Assembly (NCBI GenBank): GCA_026770705.1
Contig: JANJGN010000034.1
Location: 11,408,001-11,472,000, forward strand
From: Isurus oxyrinchus
Taxonomy: Eukaryota
DNA: 64,000 bases
Direction of reading: 5' to 3'
In this document: one piece after another, positions 1 through 11,899 of the stretch
How the letters are laid out: each line of letters starts with the position of its first letter
Numbering within the stretch: the stretch's first letter is position 1
Position numbers and translations under genes: made by a program
Notes under the pieces: model-generated
What the model was told of the DNA's origin: nothing
Seen by the model: the letters and a program-made list of their open reading frames with translations, nothing else
Databases searched by the model: none

Positions 1-93
1 AGCGCCCCACATTACAAATGTATGTGTCTAGCGCCATTACACTTCTATCTCTCAACTCCCAAGAAAAATTGCCTATATGAACAACTTAATTAA

Positions 94-273
94 NNNNNNN
101 NNNNNNNNNNNNNNNNNNNNNNNNNNNNNNNNNNNNNNNNNNNNNNNNNNNNNNNNNNNNNNNNNNNNNNNNNNNNNNNNNNNNNNNNNNNNNNNNNNNN
201 NNNNNNNNNNNNNNNNNNNNNNNNNNNNNNNNNNNNNNNNNNNNNNNNNNNNNNNNNNNNNNNNNNNNNNNNN
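94..273. other. N-run (gap or masked segment), 180 nt
   Basis: Ns flanked by cttaattaa and ttgacaggatatc. Confidence 0.95.
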
Positions 274-899
274 TTGACAGGATATCATCATACTCCCTTA
301 CAATTAAAAACAATCACGTTCATCGTCTTACCTCCCTCAAGGTAAAATATCTGAAACGTTTATTTCAAAAAGACGTTTTCATTTGCTCAACTCACTTCGT
401 ATTACTTCCTATTCATATCTATACAAAAAATACTGTTACACTAGGGTGCTCATGCATCAACCTTGAATAAATAAACAATTGTTTTGTAAGAATAAAGTTC
501 ATTCCAATCCATTCACAATTTACCAACATCTAAGCAATTTTGAATGCTAGCTCTTGGCAGCGCAGCTGCAATTAAATTCTCTCGCCCAACCACGAGCATC
601 ATTTTTAAATTGAACATTTGCAATAACAAATTCCACCAGAACAGTCTGGTGTCTTGGTCTCGAAACTCTTCCAGAAACTACAAAGGATTATAGTTAGCAT
701 ATAAAACTGTTTCTGAAGTGTTGTTTGCACATACACATTGAAATGATAGAAAGCTAAACCCAAACTTAAAGTCTCCTTTTCTAGAGCTGAGTGTTTCTTC
801 TGATGCATATTCAAATGTGAGACATGTCCTGCTGGTTTCTCAAGTCCCAGTTCACTTTCCTGTAACGACATAGTGCCAACATCCACATTTCTACATCGC

Positions 900-3386
900 A
901 CATTTACCTGGATGATACTATGGAATAAATGGTTGAATTATGGAGATAATGTGATCTTCCATTTCATGAGCTTTGGAAGCTGGTGGAAGATCTGAATGAG
1001 AAGTTTAATATTTTAAGCGGACCTAGTTGATACATAGAGAAAAAAAATTGCCTCTGCACGAAGAATCAAGGTTACCAAGACATAGTCTAAATTTTGAAGT
1101 TGCTTCGAGGGGAATGAGCGTTGTTCATATGTTGCTCATCACTAGTGCACCAGAAGCTATTAACGGTCTTCTAATTAAAGCACTGAGTTGAACAACAGAG
1201 CAGAGGTGTGGCTGGAGGCCATAATGTTTCACCGTCATAGGCTGCAGGAGGCTTAGAGGAAAGGGCTCAGTGATCAAAGTAACAAAGTGTGACATCTGAA
1301 AATGATTACGGCATTGGTATTGCTCTGTCAGACAGGAAAACCGGCTTCCAGAAAGAGAGACAGTGATGGATGATGCGAAAATGAATGGTGCTTATCATTA
1401 CTTTCTAGAGTGATCCGAGAGTAATTCGGCAGCTTCGGTGCGGCAATGTGATGCTTGATGTATCCCACTGAGATTTGGTTAAGTATAGCTCAACCAGTTG
1501 TGTGCAGAAACAATAATGGCAATTCCCTGATGAAACAGAGACAGGTGTCATTGCAAGGGGGACAACCCGAATTGGAAACAGCAAAGTTATTCCTGGAAAC
1601 AGTAGATTAAAGCTGTGGATAAGTTATTGGTTGAATACATTGCCAACCGCAGATGTTTCACGATGAATTGAAAGGAAGAGGTAAGCCAGCTGACACATTG
1701 AAAGCGGCTTCGTCAATGAAAAGCAGACAGATTTTTTTCTGTTTCCAGAGGAAATCAATAAGGGAAGTGGGGAGCAATTTGTAAGTGTGTGATGAAGACA
1801 ATCGACGTCGGGAATCCAGTTCATAGGTGGCACTGTATATCAATAGCAGGAATTATGTGAAGGGAGTGGTTTACTGATCTCAGAATGGGACTGACTTCAG
1901 AGGAGGGAAGGCAAACTGAGCTTAGATGCAGACTCAAATCATAAACGCAAGCAATCGCTCATTAGAGATTGGGAAAGATATCTAGTGGTGCATTATGCTG
2001 ATGGCAGTTTAAAAATATATATAAAGGAGACGGAGCGAAATCTACTGTAACAGCATCCTCATGGATTTGTTGTCCTCCTGCTGTAGCGAATCGTGAGCCA
2101 ACAATGCCCTGGAAGTCAGCAAGAAGGTTACCGTCTGTGGAAGCAAAATGGAAATAATTTTGATTCTAAGCATGTACAAACAATATTTGGTGAAATGCCT
2201 TACTTTCGGTAAATAGCATCACTTTATTACTTTTTCGTAGCAGCATTCTAAGCTGCTGCAAGGGTGAAGTGTATTAATGATGCGTAATATTATATAACCC
2301 ACCAGAAACCACTGGTAAACAAGATATGATGTGTGCCCAGAAAATATAATTACTTGAATGCTGGAAATTGGTAACAATTGGATTTGTTTCTTGAGCAATG
2401 CACATTTGGAGTTCATGCCTGATAGAGGATCATTCAATGTTATTTTAAACCATGTGTATGAAAATTGTTCTCCAATGATGTTGCTCAGGTGCGGATTCGT
2501 TGGCATAGCAATAGATTCTAGGGACAGCGCATGACAGGAACCAGTTTGCACAAACACAGGTACAGTTTACACCATGGGTTGCAGGTTAATCAGGAGCATA
2601 AACATTGAATTTCCTACTCTCCCCATCTTCAATGTCAGATACATGGTAGAGCTGCTGTCATGCCAGTAACAACGTGTCATATTTTCAAACTTCCGAATAT
2701 GATATGTACTCAGTGTGGAATCGTTTGGAACTCCACTTTCTTTCCAAGATGGTCAATATGTCCTGCAGAGGTTGGCCGCCAAAGCTCAGCAGGCCTGATA
2801 AGTGGATTCAGAAACTGCCACGCTATCTCGTGATGCCAAAACGATAAAGTCCAGACTAGGAGATTTCACCCACCTACACCCTAAGACTTATCGAAAGGAC
2901 ATTTTGAATTAAATTTGCCTTTATTAAATAAAGTCAACGATGGCATCAACCCTTCTCATGATGAATGTCTTCCAACAAGAAACCAGGTTATGGATAATTA
3001 AACCAACACCATATTTGGAAAGGGGAGCTGTGAGAAGGCAAATGTTGGGTAGACATGTCTGCTCTGGCTTCATCTTTAAGTGTTGTGTGCTGAGCCACAG
3101 GATCAGCAGAAAGGGCAGGACGTTAAGGTCTGCAGACTGTAAAACTATAAGGTCTTCAAGCCTGTTCCTGAAAACTGATGTTCTGGTAAAGAGACTAGAA
3201 GCAACTACCTTCGTGCCCTGAAAACAGTCAATCTCTTCGATAGAATCCTGATAACCACCTCAGCACGTGACTCCGGCTGTTGAACTTAGTTTCAGAGCCT
3301 GAGGAGAATATACTTCATCTGATGTTTTAAAAAGTACATTGTTCATCGTAATGGCCACGGATCATGGAACCGAATTACTTACGACA
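900..3386 (+). mobile_element. Decayed LTR retroelement/ERV-like 3' half: coding-like internal region, polypurine tract and putative 3' LTR (3029-3386)
   Basis: GGAAAGGGGAG (3017-3027) lies just upstream of TGTGAG..., and the segment can end ...acgaCA at 3386. The upstream ~2 kb gives interrupted Cys/Trp-containing peptides (MITALVLLCQTG, CSPMMLLRCGFVG, QEPVCTNTG). The 5' boundary is approximate. Confidence 0.45.
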
Positions 3387-4705
3387 TGTTGAAATTTTCA
3401 GTAACACTTGATTTTTTTTAATGGACCCACAAACATAAATTGGCTGGTACTGTAATGCCACCATTTGCCGGAAAATTCCGATGTGGATTGCACGTGTCCA
3501 AATAGTCCAAAAGACAGAATATTGCACCTAATCAATGTTTTCCAGAATAGGGCAGTCACGTGAATCATGAATTAATCGTTTTCTTTATAGCTTTTAAAAG
3601 AGCACTAGGCACTTCAATTGCACATTCTCTGAGTGCATTTTTGCATGTAAATGTGTGAGTAAAGGCTATAATGTTAGATTGAGCGTGAAAATAAGCAATT
3701 ATCTTTATTTAAACGCACAATCAGGAGGCTACTAGTTATTCAAGTTGTTCACACTTTCAAGGGATAATAAACACGTGTCTTTCCTTCAAAATTTTACTGA
3801 TTACAGACAACTGGGAAGGGAGCAGAGATTTCCCTGCTTCTCTCCGTCACACTGTCCGTAACAGCCTCCGCCCACATCCCACCTGCTCATGTCATGCTTC
3901 CCAAGGCGCGGGACAAATTGAAGCTAACTTCACCCAGATCTTTGGTGTTCATTACGTGGCATGGGCTTATCACTGGAATCAAGAGTGATCACGAATCTGG
4001 AGCATTAATACTGTTACCTTAAATTAGCTTTCTCAGTTTGTGCTTTGTTTGCATTTTGCAAGGGAGTCTTAAGTTTTTGGCCCACAGCAACAACATTTTG
4101 CATAACGAGCCAAAGATAAACACTCAGTTCACAATATAATCAAACTACAAGTGTTATTCTCAACCGCACACCCCGAGTTCAACATCCTCAGTGGCAAGTG
4201 TTTAAACTGGACTCACGAGGTAGGGTCATTTGTGAGCCAGCAGAGAAAACAATTGCCATAAAATTATTATTATTTTGTTGTAAAGCCTGACGAGTTCAGT
4301 AATGCCCTTAGTGGCAAATAGCATTTCACGCCATTCACTCTATATCAAGTTATAAGTTTTGGCAACCACTGAATACTATGAGGACACCTGGAGATCACAA
4401 TTGAACACTGCCTTGTCATGTGATATTCCTGCCTTGTGAAGAAATGAGGAGACATGACGCTGTGGATACTGAAAGGATGGCTCCCCTTTGAGGGAGAAAA
4501 TGGATCAATGAGACAGAGTTTTAAAATAAGGGTCATAATCAGTGCAGCCACGAACTTATTAAATAGTGGAGGAGATTTGAAGGAGCCGAATGGATTTCTC
4601 AGGCTCCTGATTCGTCTGCACGTTTGTTCTTAAATGGAAAATCCTACATTCCGTTTGCTTTTTTAAAAGATGGCAGATGACGTGTGAAATGTTCTTTCAA
4701 CATAC

Positions 4706-4749
4706 CTCATCAAGTCACTGTAAACCGACCGATCGTGCACTTGTAATCC
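4706..4749 (-). CDS. Cytoplasmic exon, second half of ITAM: GLQVHDRSVYSDLM(R)
   Basis: ttttaacag acceptor and gtatgt donor; 44 nt, phase 0 to 2, open. Confidence 0.85.
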
Positions 4750-4879
4750 CTGTTAAAATTAATAATATATTTGTTTTTTTAGTGAACAACAATAGAGTGC
4801 GTTAAAAGAGAACTGAGGTGAAATATAGGATAAATAGTCAGTAAATGAAATAAAAGAATGCACAAAATAATATCCTGAC

Positions 4880-4921
4880 CATATAAGTAGAGTCTTCCTC
4901 AAGTGGATTTGTAGCTTGCTC
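4880..4921 (-). CDS. Cytoplasmic exon, first half of ITAM: EQATNPLEEDSTYM
   Basis: tttttacag acceptor and gtcagg donor; 42 nt, phase 0 to 0, open. Confidence 0.85.
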
Positions 4922-5397
4922 CTGTAAAAATGCAATTTGAAAAACGAAATATGAGCAGGTACACAAGATTTCCATGTAATTACTTCATAATTTAGAACGA
5001 TTAGAATGTCATATATCCCACAATAAAAGTTATACCAATTTCCCTAAAATAACTAGCCCCAAATTAAATTTCAGGGATGAATGTTCATTACTAACACGTG
5101 GTGAAAGAGGAGCAACAGCGTACAGAATATTCATTTCACTCAGCACTCGGTTATCATGACTGTAGTAAAATTGAAAATTGACGCCAATATTCCATGCTGC
5201 AACAGGAGCATTGTTTGATAATCTTATAAAAACAGGAACCAGTCCACTAACTGAGTAAGGCAAAGAACACCGAAACCCCTACCCTAGTCTGACTTATTGC
5301 CGAATCGAGTTTACTCCGATTGCATGAACAATGACATTGTTATCCTCACTGGAATGAACTCGCCAATGTGACCATGTTTTAATACAATTGTACCAAC

Positions 5398-5462
5398 CTT
5401 TTGCTTTCTTGGAATATTTTCGTAGGCCGATGCTGAATTCTCCCCTATTGTAGCAGGGCTGC
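5398..5462 (-). CDS. Cytoplasmic exon: SPATIGENSASAYENIPRKQK
   Basis: ttctcacag acceptor and gttggt donor; 65 nt, phase 1 to 0, in frame with the downstream ITAM exons. Confidence 0.8.
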
Positions 5463-7477
5463 CTGTGAGAATGAAAAACAGTTAATCACATCTCCACATA
5501 TAATCGCAGAAGCATACAATGACAGAGCACAATCGGAGGTCTTTTAGCCCACCATGCCAGTATCAGCTCTTTGAAGGTGAAATACAATTAATCCCATTCC
5601 TCAAACATTTTCGCACACCCTTGTAAGTAAGCTTCCTTACCGTGCATATCCAACGTCCTTGTCAAACTGATATTCAATATGATTCCAACAGATGTTCATG
5701 TTATGCAACCCGATCATAGAAATTCGCTGCCTAAATATAAATTTACGCCTCACGCAGCTGTCTTTTTGGGAACTAGATTTCATTTTTACCTCATATGGCT
5801 GCTTACAGTTTCTCCTAATTTCCTTTATCACGATATTTCGCGATTTTGAACACCTCTGTAAAATCTCCCATCAGCCTCCCTGCTTTAAGGAGAATAAGCC
5901 CAGCTACTCCCATTCCTCCACGGAGCTACTTCTGTAAATCTGCAGTACACACTCCTCAAGACAGTAACATTAGTCCTGAATCATTGAACCATGTACATGC
6001 CAATAGAGTGAGAACGGTTGCTTCATGTTCTGAGGAATTGCAGCTTTTGTTTCTTAGTTTTCTCTTTCTGTTTACTGGGGTGGACTCCGTTCGTGCTAAT
6101 TTAATGATTACTTGAGTTGTAGGGTCAATTTTACGAACTAAGGGTACACGTGGAACAGTCGTAAGCAAGGAATGAAAATTGGTGGGAATCTAGTTCTACT
6201 TTTTTCAATATAACGCAGAAGAGATATCAAATCGGCTGCTGGTTCGCCATCATCTATTCTACATTAGAGAGATGCGCGGAATTGTCCTAGGTATTTCATC
6301 ATGTGGGTGTTCCTGAAGTTGACAGATTCACACTTTGAGCACCCAAGTAGCAGAAAAGACAATGGTTAGTTCCAGGCAAAACCTTTGTCTCACCGTCAGC
6401 TCTGTATGTGTACACAAAGCTATTCGGTTTTGAACTTTCACGAGGAATGTACAACTCACTGTGAAACGAAGCATTCGCATGAAAATAGATACAGAAGCAT
6501 ATATTGGATGTTATTGGTGTCAACGTATTTTCAGTCAGATATAATTTGCACGAACGATTGCTTCTTTTCACCATTCACAAGTTAGTGAAACCTATATGAA
6601 ACAGAATGTTGAGCGATAGCCATGTTGATCTGAACTTTTTTTCAAATAGTGTTTAGTGCTGGGCAATTGTGCGTAAAAGTGCTCAACAAGAACAAGTTTA
6701 TCTAAATTGATGTGCAAACTTAAAGATTCATAAATCTGCCCGATGTATGCTTATTTGAATGAACTTCAACTCATAAAGCACTATTGACCCCTGCAACCTG
6801 ACATTCAACATGGAAATGCTAAAGTATTTCACTTACTATTTTCTGTTGGATTAATGTTTGTAGCATTTTGCCCTTGCGTTGGTTGTTGCATCCTAAAGAA
6901 ATGTAGTGCAACATAATAAAATAAACATTTTCAGGACGATATAATATTGCAATCATGATCTGCAACAGAAATCCTATTTGTTAATGTCTTATTATTAGTG
7001 AAAAATATCTTCCTAACTGGAAGGAACAAATTTCATTCATGCTGGGCAACATCGATATTCCTTTATTCTTTTGCCGGACGTGGGCGTCGCTAGCTGAGCC
7101 AGCATTTTTTATTGCCTATCCCTAATTGCCCTTGAGAAGACGGTGGTGAGCCGTCTTCCTGTGCCGCTGCTGTCCATATGGCGTAGGAGCACCTAAAACA
7201 GTTTGAGTATTTGGAAGATGCAAAACTGAGTAACTGCATCAGCAACAGTAGTGGGGTGTTATCATACCAGAGTGGGGAACTAACAGTAGGTGATTTTTGT
7301 CAATCAGAAGTATAAACGATTATTATTGACTGTGTAAACCTGACTTATAAGTATATAGACTTGGACAGACACATAAACATATTTTGAAACAACCTTTCAC
7401 GCATTTCCTTTGATTCAATTCATCAGGCTACAGACAAACTACTAAAGGTGCAGATGACATTTACATAGACTATTTAC

Positions 7478-7601
7478 CAGCATGCTTTCTTTTTGATCAG
7501 CCACGCGCATATCCCGCCGATCGTTCCCAGAATAAGTAGAACAGCAATCACGATGCCTGCTTTGTGACCACTGCCTAATTCAGTGGTGGAGGAATGTTGT
7601 C
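7478..7601 (-). CDS. Transmembrane exon: GQHSSTTELGSGHKAGIVIAVLLILGTIGGICAWLIKKKAC
   Basis: ttttcag acceptor and gtaaat donor; 124 nt, phase 1 to 2; hydrophobic span followed by a KKK stop-transfer signal. Confidence 0.9.
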
Positions 7602-9734
7602 CTGAAAATGCATTAAGAACAGATATTGAAATTAATATCAAATGCCGGAATCAATTAAACTCCTGTAGCAATGGGCCGGTATTTAAACACATTTTGCCAT
7701 AGCGCTTGATTGCTGCTAAATTTCAACAATCCAAGGAATAAAAATGGCCATCACAGAGTTCTTTCGAGCCAATGTGACACGTCATTTAAATACAAGCCTC
7801 TGCACCTGCAAGGGCAACCAGGTAATTGAGTCTTTACGTTCTTGATCCCAAAATATTTTAAAAATTTTTCTCTACAGCTCTTAATGGGCCAAACAAGTGC
7901 TGAGCTCAATGAATTCAATCCCGACTGTTGGCCGTGTTGTCTTCCAATTTTTCAGGAAGCGTTTCGTTTGATTCCCAAAAATATTAATTCCTTTCCTCAA
8001 CTGAAGCCTACATTTCACATCTTGTCAACTTTCTTTTTCTTGTGTCTTGAAACCAGTTGGATTTCCCTTGGCAGTCCCCTTCTGTTTCTCATCTACCTGA
8101 TGCATCAGTGGCAACATGCCAAAATATATAGCTAGATTTTATGGGGCGCTGTGGTCCCCATACCCAGGAGCGAATAAATTGGGAACCAGCCAATCCGCAC
8201 TGCTGGCCCCTGCATGGAATTTCCTATGCCGAGCAGACAGATTGAGGGATAAGTGCGATGTTGGGGTGGGAGAGGGGCTGAAGTGGACAAGCCAGTGTTG
8301 GTAGAGGAACAGGGAGACGGAAGACCTGCCGGTCCCTCCAATGCGCTATAAAATTGGCCATATCTAATGTCTTGAAAACAGGGTGCTAGCCATTTGCCCA
8401 TCGTCAAAATGGATGCAGAAACAGGCCGCATTAAATCTATTCCTCAGGGAAATGTTCACTGTGTAATGGACAAAGTCTCAATGTGCCAAACGCCACCACT
8501 TTTGGACGAGGAAAGTGCACTTTCTAACTCAAGTTACCCGGGATAGGCAACATTTCTCAAAACTTTGACCACCCGTAAAAGCAAGCCGTTTCTCGCTGCT
8601 ACCATGCAGTGTCTCCGTGAATGGTATTTTCCACTAACAAGATGCTGCCTCAGCCCAAAAAGATTGCTCTGCCTATCACACAACTGAGCACCGCCATGCA
8701 TCAATTGCAGTGCCGTTGTGATGCCATGTGTGTAGGCCGTATGTCCCAGTGATTGGCTGATCGAATCAAGCAGCGTGTTATATTGGTTGTTCATAAGAGT
8801 GTTAAACGTTAAAAACAAAGGTAAAAGTACAGCCTAGTCAACAGATACTGGTATCTTGAAGTAGCATAACCTAATATGGCCAAACTGAAACCTAAATATA
8901 ATTTTGATATGCACAGTACGTCTTTAATCTGGAAATCTGTAATAGCAATGCTTGTTATTCCGACGATGCATTTGGCAACAACTCACTTTGCACATCCTCT
9001 TGTGTGTTGAGTTTCTCTGGGCCACTGACTAAATCCAAGTGACCCTGTCCTCCTAAAGGAGAGCAGCACTAACACAGAACAACTGAACCCACAAATGATA
9101 ACGTGTATGGCGGTAAAGTGGGATTAGTGTCGCAGAATTGAGTTCCCACAGCTATATACATTCTTACAGCAATGAGTGGTTCTCCCTCTTTAGTGTACTG
9201 GAGATGGACAGTGTATAGGCAAGCGAGGGAATTCATGCCTTTGATTTTTAAGACTACAGCCCTGTATCTGCGAAATGCTGAGTCAAGCACAGTGGTTTGC
9301 CTATTGAAGCCACGCTCTAATTGCACCAAGCAAAGCAAGGGGGAAAACAGCCCAGTAATAATTATTTTTATTTATATATTTGGTCACTCAAAGATCAAAC
9401 GTAAGATTTTTCCCACAAGAAAATCAGCGCTTCTAATTTGAGGAGAAATATTTGTTGAAGCAAGTCAGAAATAGTTATTTTTAAAATAGCATTGGTGTAT
9501 GTAATTGGGAAATCATTGCATGAGCAAAATTTATTTCTATTTATGCTTCGCAGTCTTCAAACTGAGCCTGTTACTGCATAAATAAGAGATGTTTATGCAT
9601 TTTGGTAGTAAAATGTCAGAGCCTCTCCATGCACATGGAACCCGATTACCGAGTCTCTGCTCATTCTTACAAACTTCACCAGTTCACCTCTTCGCAATGT
9701 TCATATTCAAGTAAATATTAATGATGTCACATGC

Positions 9735-9912
9735 TTTCGGAAAAAAAAAACATCTAAGTTTAGCGAAGTTCTGGATTTTCGGCAGCCATAGCACAATTTA
9801 GATAAATTCACAAGTAAACACCAGAATTGTGAAATTGAACCTGGGAGGGACGTAAACCAGGTAATATTATATACATTTCCAATTACAAGCCTCGCACTAA
9901 CTTCAGGTCCAT
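9735..9912 (-). pseudogene. Heavily degenerate Ig-like exon (GPEVSARL...NITWF...TSLNLDV)
   Basis: Begins (x)GPE like CEACAM IgC exons; the acceptor reads ttaa instead of ttag; shorter than a full domain. Confidence 0.35.
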
Positions 9913-10449
9913 TTAAGTATATGAAATTCATTATTGAACGTGGTGAATAACAAGAGAGAAATGCAACACCGCCCAGCATGCATCCTTGTCCGGTCTAATA
10001 TCCCTCGCTAATAATTGGCGCACTAACATTTTAGGATAAGTCAATGTCTACATGATAAATATCCGAAATATGAGTGCATGTTAACAATTGTGTTTTAGCT
10101 TGTTACAGTCTATATCTATTCTGGTTGTGGTTGACTTGCAGTAACACAGCACAAGTTTGAACCATCCCTGCTTAATTCAGTTTTTATTTGTAATAAAAAA
10201 CTTGCAAATACCAGTCAGCATGAATAGAGAAAAGATATAATCCTGCATGATCAATCTGGATGAAGCTACTTGTGAAAAACCTTGGAAAGGGCAATGCAGA
10301 GCGTTTCCTCGAACTGTAAGCAAGATTTCAGAAAAGTGTCAGTCAGAAGCAGAAGAGTTAATTACAAGCATCGGGGCTACGGGCCCTGGGTTACCAAAAG
10401 AATTAAACAGGCTGCAACGTTCAACAATGTACGCTGACATTTTTTGAAA

Positions 10450-11830
10450 CATGCAAGGAAGAAGACTATTCGGCCCAAGGTGCCTTGCAGACTCATTCAA
10501 CTGTCCATCCAAATTGCCTCACTCCCTTGATCCTGCTCAAGGTGACCTTAAAATGTATATTCAATTCATTTACGGAAAAATAATATTGCATTTGTTTTCA
10601 TCACACTAAGACATAACACTCCAGACTTCTGCAATTTTCTGCAAAGAAAATGATTCTCATCTCCCCTACCTGTTTCGCCAATTATCTTAAATCTGCATTG
10701 TCTAGTTGCCTATTCTCCAACCAGTTTCCCTTCATTCACTCTATCAAGCCCGGCATTATTTTGTAACCTCTACTTTACCTCATTCACAGGAAATCCGAAA
10801 TTCTTTTGAGTGTGCACACCCCTGAAATTACTCATCCCATATATCATTCTGTTAGGTGCCCCCTCCTACCTCCACAAAAGATCAGCGTACTTCGCAACGT
10901 ATGGTGCAGTGAAAGGACATATAAATGTCAAGTGTAAAGTACTGAATGTAGGAAGACAAAGATAAGTGGATGAACATGCCCTGCAAAGTATGTTGGTGCA
11001 AAACCATTAGCATCGAATTAGCGTAGTGAATGCAATAAAATTGAATTTTCGCAGGAAGAACACGACAGTAGGTAAAAAAAATCAAAGGTAAAATTCAAAA
11101 GGAGTTTCGGGAGCAGAAAGGCCTGAGGTATATGTATGCATAAGTCATTGAATATGACAGGATCAGTTGAGTGAGTGGTTAGTAAATATACCATATCCTA
11201 GGCTTTATTAATGACGGCATTGAGTTATGTTAACCTTGTATAGTAACTGGACCTGCCTCAGCTGCAGTATTGCGTCCAATTTGAACGCACAACACTTAAG
11301 GAAAGACCTGAAGGCATTAGAGTGTGTGCAGGTAAGTTTCAAGAAATGGTTGCAGTGTCGAGAAATTTCAATTATCTTGAAAGTTTCAACAGGTTAGGAC
11401 TTACAGGGAGAATAGAAGTTGAGAGCTGGTTTGATTAGACGGAGAAAAATCATGGGGCATTGAAAAGCGTAGACAGTGAAAAATCCTCCCATTAGTGGAA
11501 GGATTGAGGACATGAGGAAAAACTTTGTCAAGCAGCTAGTGGTTGAGATCTGGAATGCATGACCAGACATTGGGCGGAGGGAGGTTCAATCGAGCCACGT
11601 GGTAACGACATTGGAATTGTATTTCAGAAGCCCAGGAGAACTGTATGACGTAGTGAGTTCAAATTCCACCGTGGCAGCCAGAGAAATTTTAATTCAACAA
11701 ATAAATTTGTAATTGAAATCTAGGGTCAGTCATGGTGACTATGAAAGCATCATCAATTTTCTGAAAAACCCATTTGCTTCACTCATTTTTATTAGGGAAG
11801 GAAATCTGCAACCCTGCCCTAGCTAACAGG
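10450..11830. mobile_element. Cluster of old CR1 LINE 3' fragments (both strands) and a SINE fragment
   Basis: CR1-like PQLQYCVQF segment near 11255-11285 and GGRFNR-type 3' end; SINE B-box gagttcaaattcc at 11656. Confidence 0.6.
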
Positions 11831-11899
11831 CCCACATTTACTCGGTGTATCCCTTCTACCATGAAAGCCAGTCCAGCAAGCATCCAGTTCACTCAAAGA

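Noticed and set aside
274-285. ttgacaggatat resembles a bacterial -35 box or T-DNA border core
   Set aside because: Short match in vertebrate-type repeat context; no other bacterial or vector sequence.
73-313. ORFs spanning the N-runs (also 41542-41839)
   Set aside because: Artefacts of undefined bases.
10247-10447. 66-aa ORF identical in both copies
   Set aside because: Lies in a locally near-identical block whose non-coding flanks are equally conserved; no domain or splice evidence.
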